From Fimbriimonadaceae bacterium (GTDB taxonomy: Bacteria; Armatimonadota; Fimbriimonadia; Fimbriimonadales; Fimbriimonadaceae): a stretch of 64,000 nt of DNA. The position numbers were made by a program, and so were the translations under genes. Of this stretch, positions 8,325-18,622 are shown piece after piece; position 1 is the first letter of the stretch, and the number at the start of each line of letters is the position of its first letter. Location of the stretch: the NCBI GenBank assembly GCA_050250535.1, contig JBFWOL010000005.1, forward strand, positions 31,735 to 95,734, given 5' to 3'. The notes under the pieces are model-generated. The model was not told where the DNA came from. It did no database searches and saw nothing but the letters and a program-made list of their open reading frames with translations.

Positions 8325-10883
8325 ATGCGGCCACAGACGCCGATGATGAGACAGTACTGGGAGGCCAAAGACGCCCACCCGGACGCCCTCATTGCCATGC
8401 GCGTCGGGGACTTCTACGAGTTTTACGGCGAGGACGCCGAGACCGCGGCGGGTGCACTGGAGATCACGCTGACCGGTCGCGAGGACGGCAAGAACGGCCG
8501 GATCCCGATGGCGGGCGTACCGTACCACTCCATCGAGCGCTACCTTGCGAAGCTGGTCCGTTCTGGCTTCAAGGTCGCTTTGTGCGAGCAGCTGGAAGAC
8601 CCCAAGCTAGCCAAGGGCCTCGTCAAACGGGGAGTCAGCCGCGTTCTGAGTGCAGGCACGATCGTCGAGGAAGGGTTGCTCGACTCGGCGACGAACAACT
8701 TCCTCGCCGCGGTGGCGGTCGTAGACGGCAGAGCGGGTCTGGCGGTGCTTGATCTCTCCACGGGAGAGTTCCTCGCGACGGAAGCCCAGGGCGAAGAGGG
8801 CTGGGAAAGGCTCTTGGGCGAGCTCTCCCGATTGCGTCCGGCAGAGTTGCTGGTGCCGGAGGAAGGGTGCGACGTACCGTTTTCCGATGCGGTGCATACC
8901 ACCTCGAAGCCGTTACCGCTCGGGAGGGCGGAGTCCCAACTCTCGCGCCAGTTCGGCGTCTCGACGCTCCGCGGCTTTGGCCTGGACGGAAGGGACGCGG
9001 CGGTGACTGCTGCCTCGATGCTCGTGAGCTACGCGGGGACGAGCGGGCTCTCTCTCGGACACGTCTCTGGCATCGCCCACTACTCGATCGAGGGCTTCAT
9101 GCAGCTCGACCAGTCCACCCGGCGGGCGCTCGAACTGACCCAAAACTCCTCCGACGGGTCTCGACGACACACCCTTCTCGCAACGCTCGACCGGTGCTCC
9201 ACTCCGATGGGGTCGCGGCTCCTGCGCAGGTGGGTCGAGCAACCCTTGCTGGATCCTGGGGAGACCGAGCGAAGGCTCGACGCCGTCGGTCGCCTGGGCG
9301 AACACGGTGGCACCCGCGCCGAGGTGCGCGAGGCTCTCGCGAAGCTCGGCGACATGGAGCGGCTGGGGGCCAGGGCGGTCTCCGGCATCGCCGGACCTCG
9401 CGACCTCCTTCGTCTACGCGGTGCACTCGCGGGCCTGCCCCGGCTCGACGACAGCCTCCGCAAGGTAGGGGTCGGGCTCATCCACGACCTGCGCGAGCAG
9501 TTGGGCGACCACGCAGAGCTGGACTTAAAGCTACGTACGGCGCTTTCCGAAGATCCGCCCCACCATGCCCGCGAGGGTGGTTGCTTCCGCGAAGGCTTCG
9601 ATGCCGAGCTCGACAAGCTCCGGGAGATTGAGCGAGAGGGCAAGGCCTTCATCGCCAAGCTGGAGCAGCAGGAAAGGGAGGCGAGCGGGATTGACAAGCT
9701 CAAGGTGGGCTACAACTCGGTGTTCGGCTACTACCTCGAGGTTCCGCGCAGCCAGGCGGACAAGGTGCCGAGCCACTACGTGCGCAAACAGACCACGGCA
9801 GCGGCCGAGCGTTACATCACGGCAGAGATCAAAGAGCACGAGAGCGCGGTAGTCGGCGCACAGGAGAAGGCGGCCCAGCTTGAGACCGACCTGTTCGACC
9901 GGCTTCGGGCCAGCGTCGCGGCGGAGGCAGCCGCGATCGTTTCGAGCGCACGGGCGGTGGCCGCACTTGACGTCCTTTCTTCCCTTGCGGAGGCAGCCGT
10001 AAGGAACCGTTACGTCAGGCCGGAGATCGTTGCCGATGACGTCCTCGAGATCGTCCAGGGCCGCCACCCGGTCGTGGAAGAGTCCGGAGGATTCGTCCCG
10101 AACGACACGATGCTCGACTCGGAGACGCGGTGCGTCGTGCTGACCGGACCGAACATGAGCGGCAAGAGCACCTACCTGCGCCAGACCGCGCTCATTGTGC
10201 TCATGGCGCAAATCGGTTCGTTCGTGCCTGCCGTCTCCTGTAGGCTCAGTCCCTGCGACCGGATCTTCACCCGCGTGGGCGCCCGGGACGAGCTCGCACT
10301 CGGCCAATCCACATTCATGGTCGAGATGACGGAGAGCGCCAACATCCTGAACCACGCCACCGAGCGTTCGCTCGTAGTGCTGGACGAGGTCGGACGTGGC
10401 ACCTCGACTTTTGACGGTCTTGCGATCGCGTGGGCGATGTGCGAGCATCTTTCAGCGATCCGTTGCAAGACGCTGTTCGCGACCCACTACCATCAGCTAA
10501 ACGCGTTGGCCGGCCAGGTCACCGCGATCACGAACTGGAGGGTCGCGGTGGAGGAGCACGAGGGCGAGATCGTCTGGTCGCACCGCGTTCTCCCAGGGGG
10601 CACGGACAAGTCGTACGGGATCCACGTTGCCAAGATGGCCGGAGTGCCGCCGAGCGTCCTTCGCCGGGCGGAAGGGGTGCTCGCAGAGCTGGAGGGAACC
10701 GAGCGGCCGGTCACAGCGTCAGCTCCGGCGACGAGCCGGATGCAGATGTCGCTCTTCGTTCCCGACGACACGCTCGCCCGAGAGATCGAGGCCACGGACG
10801 TCGCGAAGATGACCCCGCTCGAGGCCTTGGTCCGCATTGACGAGTGGAAGAAGAGGATCGCCGGTTCGGCACCGAAGGGCTAG
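8325..10883 (+). CDS. mutS: DNA mismatch repair protein MutS
   Basis: MRQYWEAKDAHPDALIAMRVGDFYEFYGEDA N-terminus; Walker A GPNMSGKSTYLRQ; DEVGRGTSTFDG. Real ATG at 8325; the track ORF prefix 7905..8324 is antisense to the holin-like gene. Confidence 0.9.
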   Translation: MRPQTPMMRQYWEAKDAHPDALIAMRVGDFYEFYGEDAETAAGALEITLTGREDGKNGRIPMAGVPYHSIERYLAKLVRSGFKVALCEQLEDPKLAKGLVKRGVSRVLSAGTIVEEGLLDSATNNFLAAVAVVDGRAGLAVLDLSTGEFLATEAQGEEGWERLLGELSRLRPAELLVPEEGCDVPFSDAVHTTSKPLPLGRAESQLSRQFGVSTLRGFGLDGRDAAVTAASMLVSYAGTSGLSLGHVSGIAHYSIEGFMQLDQSTRRALELTQNSSDGSRRHTLLATLDRCSTPMGSRLLRRWVEQPLLDPGETERRLDAVGRLGEHGGTRAEVREALAKLGDMERLGARAVSGIAGPRDLLRLRGALAGLPRLDDSLRKVGVGLIHDLREQLGDHAELDLKLRTALSEDPPHHAREGGCFREGFDAELDKLREIEREGKAFIAKLEQQEREASGIDKLKVGYNSVFGYYLEVPRSQADKVPSHYVRKQTTAAAERYITAEIKEHESAVVGAQEKAAQLETDLFDRLRASVAAEAAAIVSSARAVAALDVLSSLAEAAVRNRYVRPEIVADDVLEIVQGRHPVVEESGGFVPNDTMLDSETRCVVLTGPNMSGKSTYLRQTALIVLMAQIGSFVPAVSCRLSPCDRIFTRVGARDELALGQSTFMVEMTESANILNHATERSLVVLDEVGRGTSTFDGLAIAWAMCEHLSAIRCKTLFATHYHQLNALAGQVTAITNWRVAVEEHEGEIVWSHRVLPGGTDKSYGIHVAKMAGVPPSVLRRAEGVLAELEGTERPVTASAPATSRMQMSLFVPDDTLAREIEATDVAKMTPLEALVRIDEWKKRIAGSAPKG

Positions 10884-11869
10884 ACGACACGGACAAGCGG
10901 CCCGCCTGGGAGTATCCGCCCGATCTCGACCGAGCCTTGGACCTCTCCTGTGCATGCGACGGCGAGGCCACCGCTGGTCTGGGGATCAAGGACGACTTCC
11001 CGTAGCCACTCGGGCACGGTATCGGCAAACTCTAGCGCAGACTCCCAATGGGAAAGGTTACGACGGGCCCCGCCGGTAGAGTGGCCCGCGGCGATCAGCC
11101 TCTCGATTCCCGGCAGAACGGGCAGTCTCGCCGCGTCCACCTCGATCGTGACGCCGCTGGCCTTGGCGATGTGGGAGAGGTGCCCGGCTAGGCCGAATCC
11201 GGTGACGTCCGTCGCGCACCGTGCCCCGGCGGCGAGCGCGGCCTCCGCAGCCTTGCGGTTGAGCTGTTTCATCGTCGCCACCGCGGCGGCGAGCTCATCT
11301 TCGCTCGCGCCGTCATTCTTGGCGGCCGTTGCCACGATCCCCGTGCCCACTGGCTTGCTCAGCCAGAGCCGGTCGCCTGGCTCGGCCTTGTCGTTTTGCA
11401 GCGTCCGGCCCGGGTTCACGATGCCGGTGACCGACATCCCGAACTTGGGCTCGCGATCGTCTACCGTGTGTCCGCCTACGAGCACCGCACCGGCCTCGAC
11501 CGTCTTGTCGTGCATTCCTTGTAGCACCGCGGCCCACACCTCTGGGGGCGCTAGGCTAGGGTCGAAACAGGCTATGTTCAAGGCCGTGACAGGCGTGCCC
11601 CCCATCGCGTAGACGTCGCTCAGTGCGTTCGCGGCCGCTATCTGGCCATAGTCATAGGGGTCGTCGACGATGGGCGGGAAAAAGTCCAAGGTCTGCACGA
11701 GGGCGCTACCGTCGGGCAGGGCGAAGACCCCCGCGTCGTCCGAGGTCGAAAAACCGACCAACAGACGCGGGTCGTTCGCTTGAGGCAGGCGGCCGAGCAC
11801 GTCGGCCAACTGGGCAGGGCCCAGCTTGCCCGCTCAACCGGCGCAAGAAGCGAGATGTGTCAATCGCAC
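10880..11869 (-). CDS. selD: selenide, water dikinase (selenophosphate synthetase) SelD, selenocysteine-containing (in-frame TGA at 11834..11836)
   Basis: Track ORF starts at TTG 11809. The same frame read upstream gives GTG(11869) RLTHLASCAGU(TGA)AGKLGPAQ-LADVLGRL, which aligns with E. coli/H. influenzae SelD [11 protein letters not shown](C/U)[9 protein letters not shown]. A TAG lies immediately upstream of the GTG. Confidence 0.8.
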
Positions 11870-11882
11870 ACCCGCATGCTAC

Positions 11883-12626
11883 CTAGAGCTTGAGCCGCTT
11901 GAAGATCCGTTCGGGCACGAGTCGGAAGACCGACATGACGAGCCGCCATGGGCCTGGCACGTACACGACGTCGCGCCGCTTCTCGATCGCGGCGGCGATC
12001 TTCTCGGCCACGTCCTCGGGCTGGGCGAGGAGCGGCAGCTTGCCCATTCCGAAAGTCATCGCAGTGTCCACGGGGCCGGGCTTCACCGTGATGACCGAAA
12101 CTCCGGAGTGGACGAGCCGTGCCCTCAGGCCCTGGAGAAACGCGCTGAGCCCAGCCTTGGCCGATCCATAGAGATAGTTCGACCGTCGGCCACGGTCGCC
12201 TGCCACTGACGACATGGCACAGATCCATCCGCCGCCCCGGTCTTCGAAAATGTTGGCGACGTCGAGCAGGACCAGTGCAGGAGCGGTGTAGTTCGCCGAC
12301 ATCACGCGGACGGCCTCGGCCTCGTCGTGCTCGGCCTCCTCTTGCGAACCGAGGTAGCCGACGGCCATGACGACTCCTTCTAACGGGCCGGTCTCTCGCT
12401 CCGCCGCTTCCACCACCTGTCGGCCCGCGCCCTCGGCGGTCGCTTCAAACCTGACAACGACACAGGCTCGGCCCGTTCGGATCGTCAGGTCGCTCGCGCT
12501 CGCGTTGAGGTCGTCCACGTCTCTCCCTGCCAATACGATGATGTGGCCTTTCTGGGCGAGCTTCAGCGCAATCTGGCGGGCGATCGCGCTTCCCGCACCA
12601 AGGATCAAGACCGGGCCAGGCGTCAT
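11883..12626 (-). CDS. short-chain dehydrogenase/reductase, DprE2-like (decaprenylphosphoryl-2-keto-ribose reductase homologue)
   Basis: Rossmann motif LILGAGSAIARQ; SDR core; ATG (12624-12626) overlaps the TGA of the upstream DprE1 gene (ATGA coupling), the same arrangement as the mycobacterial dprE1-dprE2 pair. Confidence 0.65.
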   Translation of the reverse strand: MTPGPVLILGAGSAIARQIALKLAQKGHIIVLAGRDVDDLNASASDLTIRTGRACVVVRFEATAEGAGRQVVEAAERETGPLEGVVMAVGYLGSQEEAEHDEAEAVRVMSANYTAPALVLLDVANIFEDRGGGWICAMSSVAGDRGRRSNYLYGSAKAGLSAFLQGLRARLVHSGVSVITVKPGPVDTAMTFGMGKLPLLAQPEDVAEKIAAAIEKRRDVVYVPGPWRLVMSVFRLVPERIFKRLKL

Positions 12627-13984
12627 GCGAGGCCGAGCCTCCGAGCCAGGTCGCTCGACAACCGAGAGGAAGGGTCGCACGCTTCGCGCACCTGCCGAAA
12701 CTCCGGGAGCCGGGGGTACATCCGCTCAAAGGCGGCACGAGACAGCCTGGCGTCTTTGGCCAGGTACACGCGGCCGCCGGCATCTGCGACGATATCGTCC
12801 ATTCGGTCGAGCACGGCCTCGATCCCGGTCCGCATCGGTAGGTCGAGGGCCAAAGTCAAGCCGGGCATCGGGAACGAGAGCATGCCTTCTCCCTGACTGC
12901 CGAACTTCTTGAGCACGCCCAGGAACGAACCGTAGCCGCCGTCCGCCAAGGACTGGATGACGGTGCGTACGGTCGCCCTCGCGGTCTCGGGCGGGGCGAC
13001 GAACTGGTACTGCAGAAACCCGCGCTTGCCGTACATCCGGTTCCAGCCATGGATCGCATCCAGTGGATAGAAGAAAGGCTCGATCGGACAGAGAAACCTC
13101 CCGCGGCGTCCTTGGAGCCAGTGGTAGATGGAGTTGCCCAGTCGGATCGTGAAGGGGTTCAGTGCCCAGCCGGGTAGATCGAAGGGGAACGGCTTGGCAC
13201 GCTTGGGTCTCCATTCGAGGGCAGCGCGACCGCCGGGAATCTGGTCGAGGGCGGCGTGCTCCCCCGTCATCAGGACGCCCCTTCCCAGATGGGGGCCCGC
13301 TGCCATTCCGTCGATCCAAGCGACCGAGTAGGTTGCGTCGTGGGCCGGGTCGTCCAGAAGGTCGAAGAGTTCGTCAAGGGTCCGGGCTGGGCTGTGCTGG
13401 ACCGCCATCCACGACGTTTCGACCCGCTTGAGCCGCAAGGTGAGCGTCGAGACCATTCCGGTCAGACCCATGCCCCCAGCTGTCGCCCAAAAGAGGCCGG
13501 CGTCCTCCTGCGGGGTGACCCAGGCGGTGGCCCCGTCGGGCCTGACAAGCTCGAAGGATCTCACGTGGTTGCTAAAGCTGCCTGCCACGTGGTGGTTCTT
13601 GCCGTGAACGTCGGCGGCGAGACAGCCGCCTAGGGAACAGAACCTCGTCCCAGGGGTCACGGGCAAGAACCACCCGTGAGGGATCAGGGCTTCGATGACG
13701 TCCTCCAGCGTCGCCCCTGCCTCCGCCGTCAGGTCGCCGGTCTCCGAGTTGAACCCGAGCATCCGGTCGAGCCGCTCGGTCAGCACGACCGTGCCGAGGG
13801 AGTTCAATGCTGCGTCGCCGTAAGAACGGCCTTGTCCTCGAGCAAGGCTGGAGGCGCCGATCGGGCGGAGTCCGCGCCGTCGCTCCGGCCTCGTCAGCTT
13901 GGCAGGAGCTATCGGATGGTTGCCCCACCCAGAAAGCCGTTCGACCTCGGAAGTTTTGGCAGGCGCTGGTTCGGGGAGGCTCAT
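12623..13984 (-). CDS. dprE1: FAD-dependent decaprenylphosphoryl-beta-D-ribose 2'-oxidase DprE1 family
   Basis: Close full-length match to recalled M. tuberculosis DprE1 signatures: RLSGWG, GQGRSYGD, PGTRFCSLGGCLAADVHGKNHH..GSFSNHVRS, LFWATAGGMGLTG, FLQYQFV, MYPRLPEF..VREACDP. The Cys387 position is Ala. Confidence 0.8.
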   Translation of the reverse strand: MSLPEPAPAKTSEVERLSGWGNHPIAPAKLTRPERRRGLRPIGASSLARGQGRSYGDAALNSLGTVVLTERLDRMLGFNSETGDLTAEAGATLEDVIEALIPHGWFLPVTPGTRFCSLGGCLAADVHGKNHHVAGSFSNHVRSFELVRPDGATAWVTPQEDAGLFWATAGGMGLTGMVSTLTLRLKRVETSWMAVQHSPARTLDELFDLLDDPAHDATYSVAWIDGMAAGPHLGRGVLMTGEHAALDQIPGGRAALEWRPKRAKPFPFDLPGWALNPFTIRLGNSIYHWLQGRRGRFLCPIEPFFYPLDAIHGWNRMYGKRGFLQYQFVAPPETARATVRTVIQSLADGGYGSFLGVLKKFGSQGEGMLSFPMPGLTLALDLPMRTGIEAVLDRMDDIVADAGGRVYLAKDARLSRAAFERMYPRLPEFRQVREACDPSSRLSSDLARRLGLA

Positions 13985-13989
13985 CGAGG

Positions 13990-15261
<1,272 letters not shown>

Positions 15262-15318
15262 TCAGGATGCCTCTCGGCCCATCCGATGGCATTGCGGCGA
15301 ATCTATCCGATAGAATGA

Positions 15319-16275
15319 ATGGGAGTCCCTGGTAATTGGTGTAGTTTGCGTCTTATCGTCTTGAGGAGTTCATTGTTTGCGCTGTCGTGCGGAGTGTTCA
15401 CGGCGCTCTCTGGGCCTGCCTCACCCAGGGTCGAGCTCGACGCAGCCGCCGCGGCCCCCTCGCCCGAGCCAGTGACCACTGCGCCCTTCCGACCGACCAA
15501 CCTTGACGGCACCGTGCCCGTTCTCATGTACCACCGCACCGGGCCGGAAGAGAAGTACATGGTTCGTTCGGCGGAGAACTTCCGGGAGGATCTCGCCCGG
15601 CTCTACGCTTCCGGATTTCGGCCGGTGACTTTGGCCGAGTACGCGTCGGGCAAGATGCCGATCAAACCGGGAGAGTCGCCGGTTGTCCTCACCTTCGACG
15701 ACTCCGCCGAGTCGCAGTTCCGGATCATGCCAGACGGTTCGGTCGATCCTGAGTGCTTCGTCGGGTTATGGCGTGCGTTCGCCGAGAGCGTGCCCGACTT
15801 CCCGGTTCGCGGGACGTTCTTCGTAAACCCGAACGGACCATTCGAGCAACGAGGGCTGGGAGCAAAGAAGGTCAAGTTGTTGCGAGAGTGGGGATCCGAG
15901 ATCGCTTGGCACTCGCGAACCCACGTGGACTTCTCGAAGGCGAGCGACCGCCGCGTGATGTCCGAGATGGCGTACGGGTTCGAGTACCTCGAAAAGCTCG
16001 GTGTGACGCCTAAGACGTTTGCCCTGCCCTACGGGTCGTTGCCGAAGAACAAGGGGTTGCTTGAAGGATTCGACTGGAACGGAAGGAGGATCAAGTATGA
16101 CGCCGTCGCCCTGGCGGGCTCGGCTCCGATGACATCGCCCCACCAGAATCCGCGCCTACATCGAATCCAACGGATCCAGGCCTATCCAGGGCTGTACGGC
16201 ATCGACTACTGGCTCAATCGGTATGCCGACGGACGCCAGGCCCAGTACGTCGAAGGATCGCCAGAGCGTGGCTGA
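15319..16275 (+). CDS. polysaccharide deacetylase (NodB-homology) family protein, secreted
   Basis: PVLMYHR and VVLTFDDS NodB motifs; N-terminal hydrophobic signal. Confidence 0.7.
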   Translation: MGVPGNWCSLRLIVLRSSLFALSCGVFTALSGPASPRVELDAAAAAPSPEPVTTAPFRPTNLDGTVPVLMYHRTGPEEKYMVRSAENFREDLARLYASGFRPVTLAEYASGKMPIKPGESPVVLTFDDSAESQFRIMPDGSVDPECFVGLWRAFAESVPDFPVRGTFFVNPNGPFEQRGLGAKKVKLLREWGSEIAWHSRTHVDFSKASDRRVMSEMAYGFEYLEKLGVTPKTFALPYGSLPKNKGLLEGFDWNGRRIKYDAVALAGSAPMTSPHQNPRLHRIQRIQAYPGLYGIDYWLNRYADGRQAQYVEGSPERG

Positions 16276-16954
16276 GGCCGTTCGCACGGCCCGCCCCGTC
16301 ACCCTGAACGAAGTTCGGGCGAGCGGGGATGTCCGGGCGTATATTGACGGCGCCAACGAGGTCATGAGGGCGATGGGATTCACCGAGCACGGCCATCGGC
16401 ACGTCGGCATCGTCTCCGGCATCACCCGCTACATCATGGAGGAGCTGGAGAGCAGCCCCCGTGAGGTCGAGCTGGGAACGATCGCCGCCTACCTCCACGA
16501 CGTTGGAAACGTCATCAATCGGATCGACCATCCGATGACCGGGGCGAACATCGCCCGAGAGCTGCTGAGCACGATGGGGATGCCGGCAGAGGAGATCGTG
16601 CCCATCCTTGGGGCGATCGGCAACCATGAAGAGCTGGCAGGCACTCCGACCAGCCTCATGGGTGCGGCCGTGATCATCGCGGACAAGAGCGACGTGCACC
16701 GCTCCAGGGTTCAGAACCCGATCATGGAGAGCTTTGACATCCACGACCGTGTGAACTACGCGGTCGAGAAGAGCCGAGTCGAGATGGACAGGACAAAGAA
16801 GGTCGTGAGCCTTGTCTTGGACGTGGACACGACTTTCGCCAGCGTAATGGAGTACTTCGAAATCTTCCTTTCAAGGATGGTGATGTGCCGCCGCGCGGCG
16901 AAGCTGTTCGGCTACAGCTTTTCGCTCCACGTCAACGGCACATCGCTCGAGTAG
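16268..16954 (+). CDS. HD-domain phosphohydrolase
   Basis: H..H(HGHRH) and HD (YLHDVGN) motifs; probable GTG start overlapping the deacetylase stop (track ORF opens at 16223). Confidence 0.6.
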   Translation: MAEAVRTARPVTLNEVRASGDVRAYIDGANEVMRAMGFTEHGHRHVGIVSGITRYIMEELESSPREVELGTIAAYLHDVGNVINRIDHPMTGANIARELLSTMGMPAEEIVPILGAIGNHEELAGTPTSLMGAAVIIADKSDVHRSRVQNPIMESFDIHDRVNYAVEKSRVEMDRTKKVVSLVLDVDTTFASVMEYFEIFLSRMVMCRRAAKLFGYSFSLHVNGTSLE

Positions 16955-17758
16955 CTACTTCGACCGGATTGTGATGTTCTTGTCGCCGTCCGAGAAGGTG
17001 ACCTCGAACTCGCCCTGATCCCCGCCCAGGTTCCCGAGCCACTGTTTCTGCTGTGGTGTCAGGTCCTCCAACCGAAGGAAGCCCTGCTTCTTATGCAGTT
17101 CCCGCTGGCTCGGCATGAGGCTTTCTACGATCTTAAGGAAATCGTGCGGCTCACCGAACCGGAACTCGAACTTCTCAAAGGCTTTGCCAGGATCGGGCTC
17201 GACCATGCCGTCCTTGAAGTGCTCGAACTGCTTCAAGAACGACTTCGCCCCTTCCTCTGACTTCCATTCAAACGGGAACGGTTCAGGGTCTCCCGGGTCG
17301 CCCTTCCACCTGCCGAAGGGAAGCACACCCTTGGGAAGTGCATCCATATTTTTACCAAACGGCAGGCTCTCCCAGGCCAAAGCAGACCGAGGAGCGAGGA
17401 TGAGGATATCGCCTTCCTTGGTCGCGGACATGCCGAGCGCGTTGGCGACTGCCTTCACGGCGGACTCTGGATCTTGGTTAACCAGGTTGAGGGAGAGCTT
17501 CTTGTCGGCAGGTACCGCGTCGGAATCGATTACGAAGTTCGCGCCAGCTCGTCGCAACTGTTCGAACACTTGCTTCGCCGGCACGGCGTCGCCGGACAGG
17601 GTCACCTTCCCGCCCTTCTGCGCTTGGGACGGCGTGGCCGAAGCGTCAGGGCTCAAGTCAGGTAGCGGTAAGGCGAAGGGCCACTGCGCAAGGACCGTTG
17701 CAGCGGCGAGTGCCGCGAGGGTCACGATTACCGTTCTGATTCTCCAATCGTTCTGCAT
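16955..17758 (-). CDS. secreted hypothetical protein (STN-like N-terminal domain)
   Basis: ATG at 17758 gives signal peptide MQNDWRIRTVIVTLAALAAATVLA; the track ORF's upstream 52 codons are Arg/Pro-rich and unlikely to be coding. Confidence 0.5.
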   Translation of the reverse strand: MQNDWRIRTVIVTLAALAAATVLAQWPFALPLPDLSPDASATPSQAQKGGKVTLSGDAVPAKQVFEQLRRAGANFVIDSDAVPADKKLSLNLVNQDPESAVKAVANALGMSATKEGDILILAPRSALAWESLPFGKNMDALPKGVLPFGRWKGDPGDPEPFPFEWKSEEGAKSFLKQFEHFKDGMVEPDPGKAFEKFEFRFGEPHDFLKIVESLMPSQRELHKKQGFLRLEDLTPQQKQWLGNLGGDQGEFEVTFSDGDKNITIRSK

Positions 17759-17912
17759 GGTTGGACTTCCTCCAAACCCACGGTACCGGGCAAAGGCGCA
17801 TCCCGGTTCCCGACGGGCCCGCTGGTCTGCTAGGGCCGGCTGGTAACATCGCGCCGGTGCAGACCTTGCGCCCGGGCCCCGGCCCGGGTGCCGGACGACC
17901 ACGAGGCACACC

Positions 17913-18206
17913 ATGCGAAAGTACGAAGCAATCTATATCGTCCCCGCCGCTCTGACGGACGGGGAAGTCCAGTCCGTTGCAGACGAGTACAAGTCCGTTG
18001 TCGAGAAGCTCGGGGGCAAGGTGGAATCTGCCGGCCTTTGGGAAAAGCGGAAGCTCGCCTACGAGATCGAGGGCCACAAGGACGGGAACTATATCCTGAT
18101 GAATTTCGAGGCCACGCCGGAGATTCCGACCGAATTGAGCCGGCTGATGGGTATCAATGACACGGTAGTCCGGCATCGGATTTACGTGATGGAACCAGAG
18201 AAATGA
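17913..18206 (+). CDS. rpsF: 30S ribosomal protein S6
   Basis: MRKYEAIYIV..GHKDGNYILMNFEA conserved S6 sequence. Confidence 0.9.
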   Translation: MRKYEAIYIVPAALTDGEVQSVADEYKSVVEKLGGKVESAGLWEKRKLAYEIEGHKDGNYILMNFEATPEIPTELSRLMGINDTVVRHRIYVMEPEK

Positions 18207-18619
18207 GCAGCCTGAATCGCGTCATCCTGATCGGTCGCTTGACCCGTGACCCGGAGCTTCGGACCACGACCACCGGAAAGTCGGTCGTCGGCTTTGGCAT
18301 CGCCGTAGACCGAGTGTTCAAGTCGGAAGGCGGGCAGGACGTGGACTTTTTCAACGTCAGCGCGTGGGGGAAGACTGCGGAGTTCGTTGCGAATTACCTC
18401 ACCAAGGGCCGGCTCGTCGCCGTGGACGGCCGCATCCAAAGCCGCAAGTACCAGACGAAGGAAGGCGAGAACAGGGAGGCCTTCGAGATCGTGGCTGAAA
18501 ACGTCCAGGGCCTGGATCGGCCTAGGGACGACGCAGGCGGCAGCGTTGCACCTGCCAAAATGGCTCCGCAAAGCACCGCGCCGAGTGACGACGAGTTTGA
18601 TCCCTTTGCCGACGAGTGA
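18203..18619 (+). CDS. ssb: single-stranded DNA-binding protein
   Basis: MSSLNRVILIGRLTRDPELR OB-fold N-terminus; acidic tail DDEFDPF. Confidence 0.9.
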   Translation: MSSLNRVILIGRLTRDPELRTTTTGKSVVGFGIAVDRVFKSEGGQDVDFFNVSAWGKTAEFVANYLTKGRLVAVDGRIQSRKYQTKEGENREAFEIVAENVQGLDRPRDDAGGSVAPAKMAPQSTAPSDDEFDPFADE

Positions 18620-18622
18620 CGG

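Noticed and set aside
10880-11900. tRNA-Sec (selC) near selD
   Set aside because: No ~95-nt tRNA with a UCA anticodon and 8+5 acceptor/T geometry was spotted by eye in the flanks; this needs a proper Secmarker scan of the whole genome.
15315-15317. ATG at 15315 as the deacetylase start
   Set aside because: Out of frame; it runs into TAA after 6 codons.
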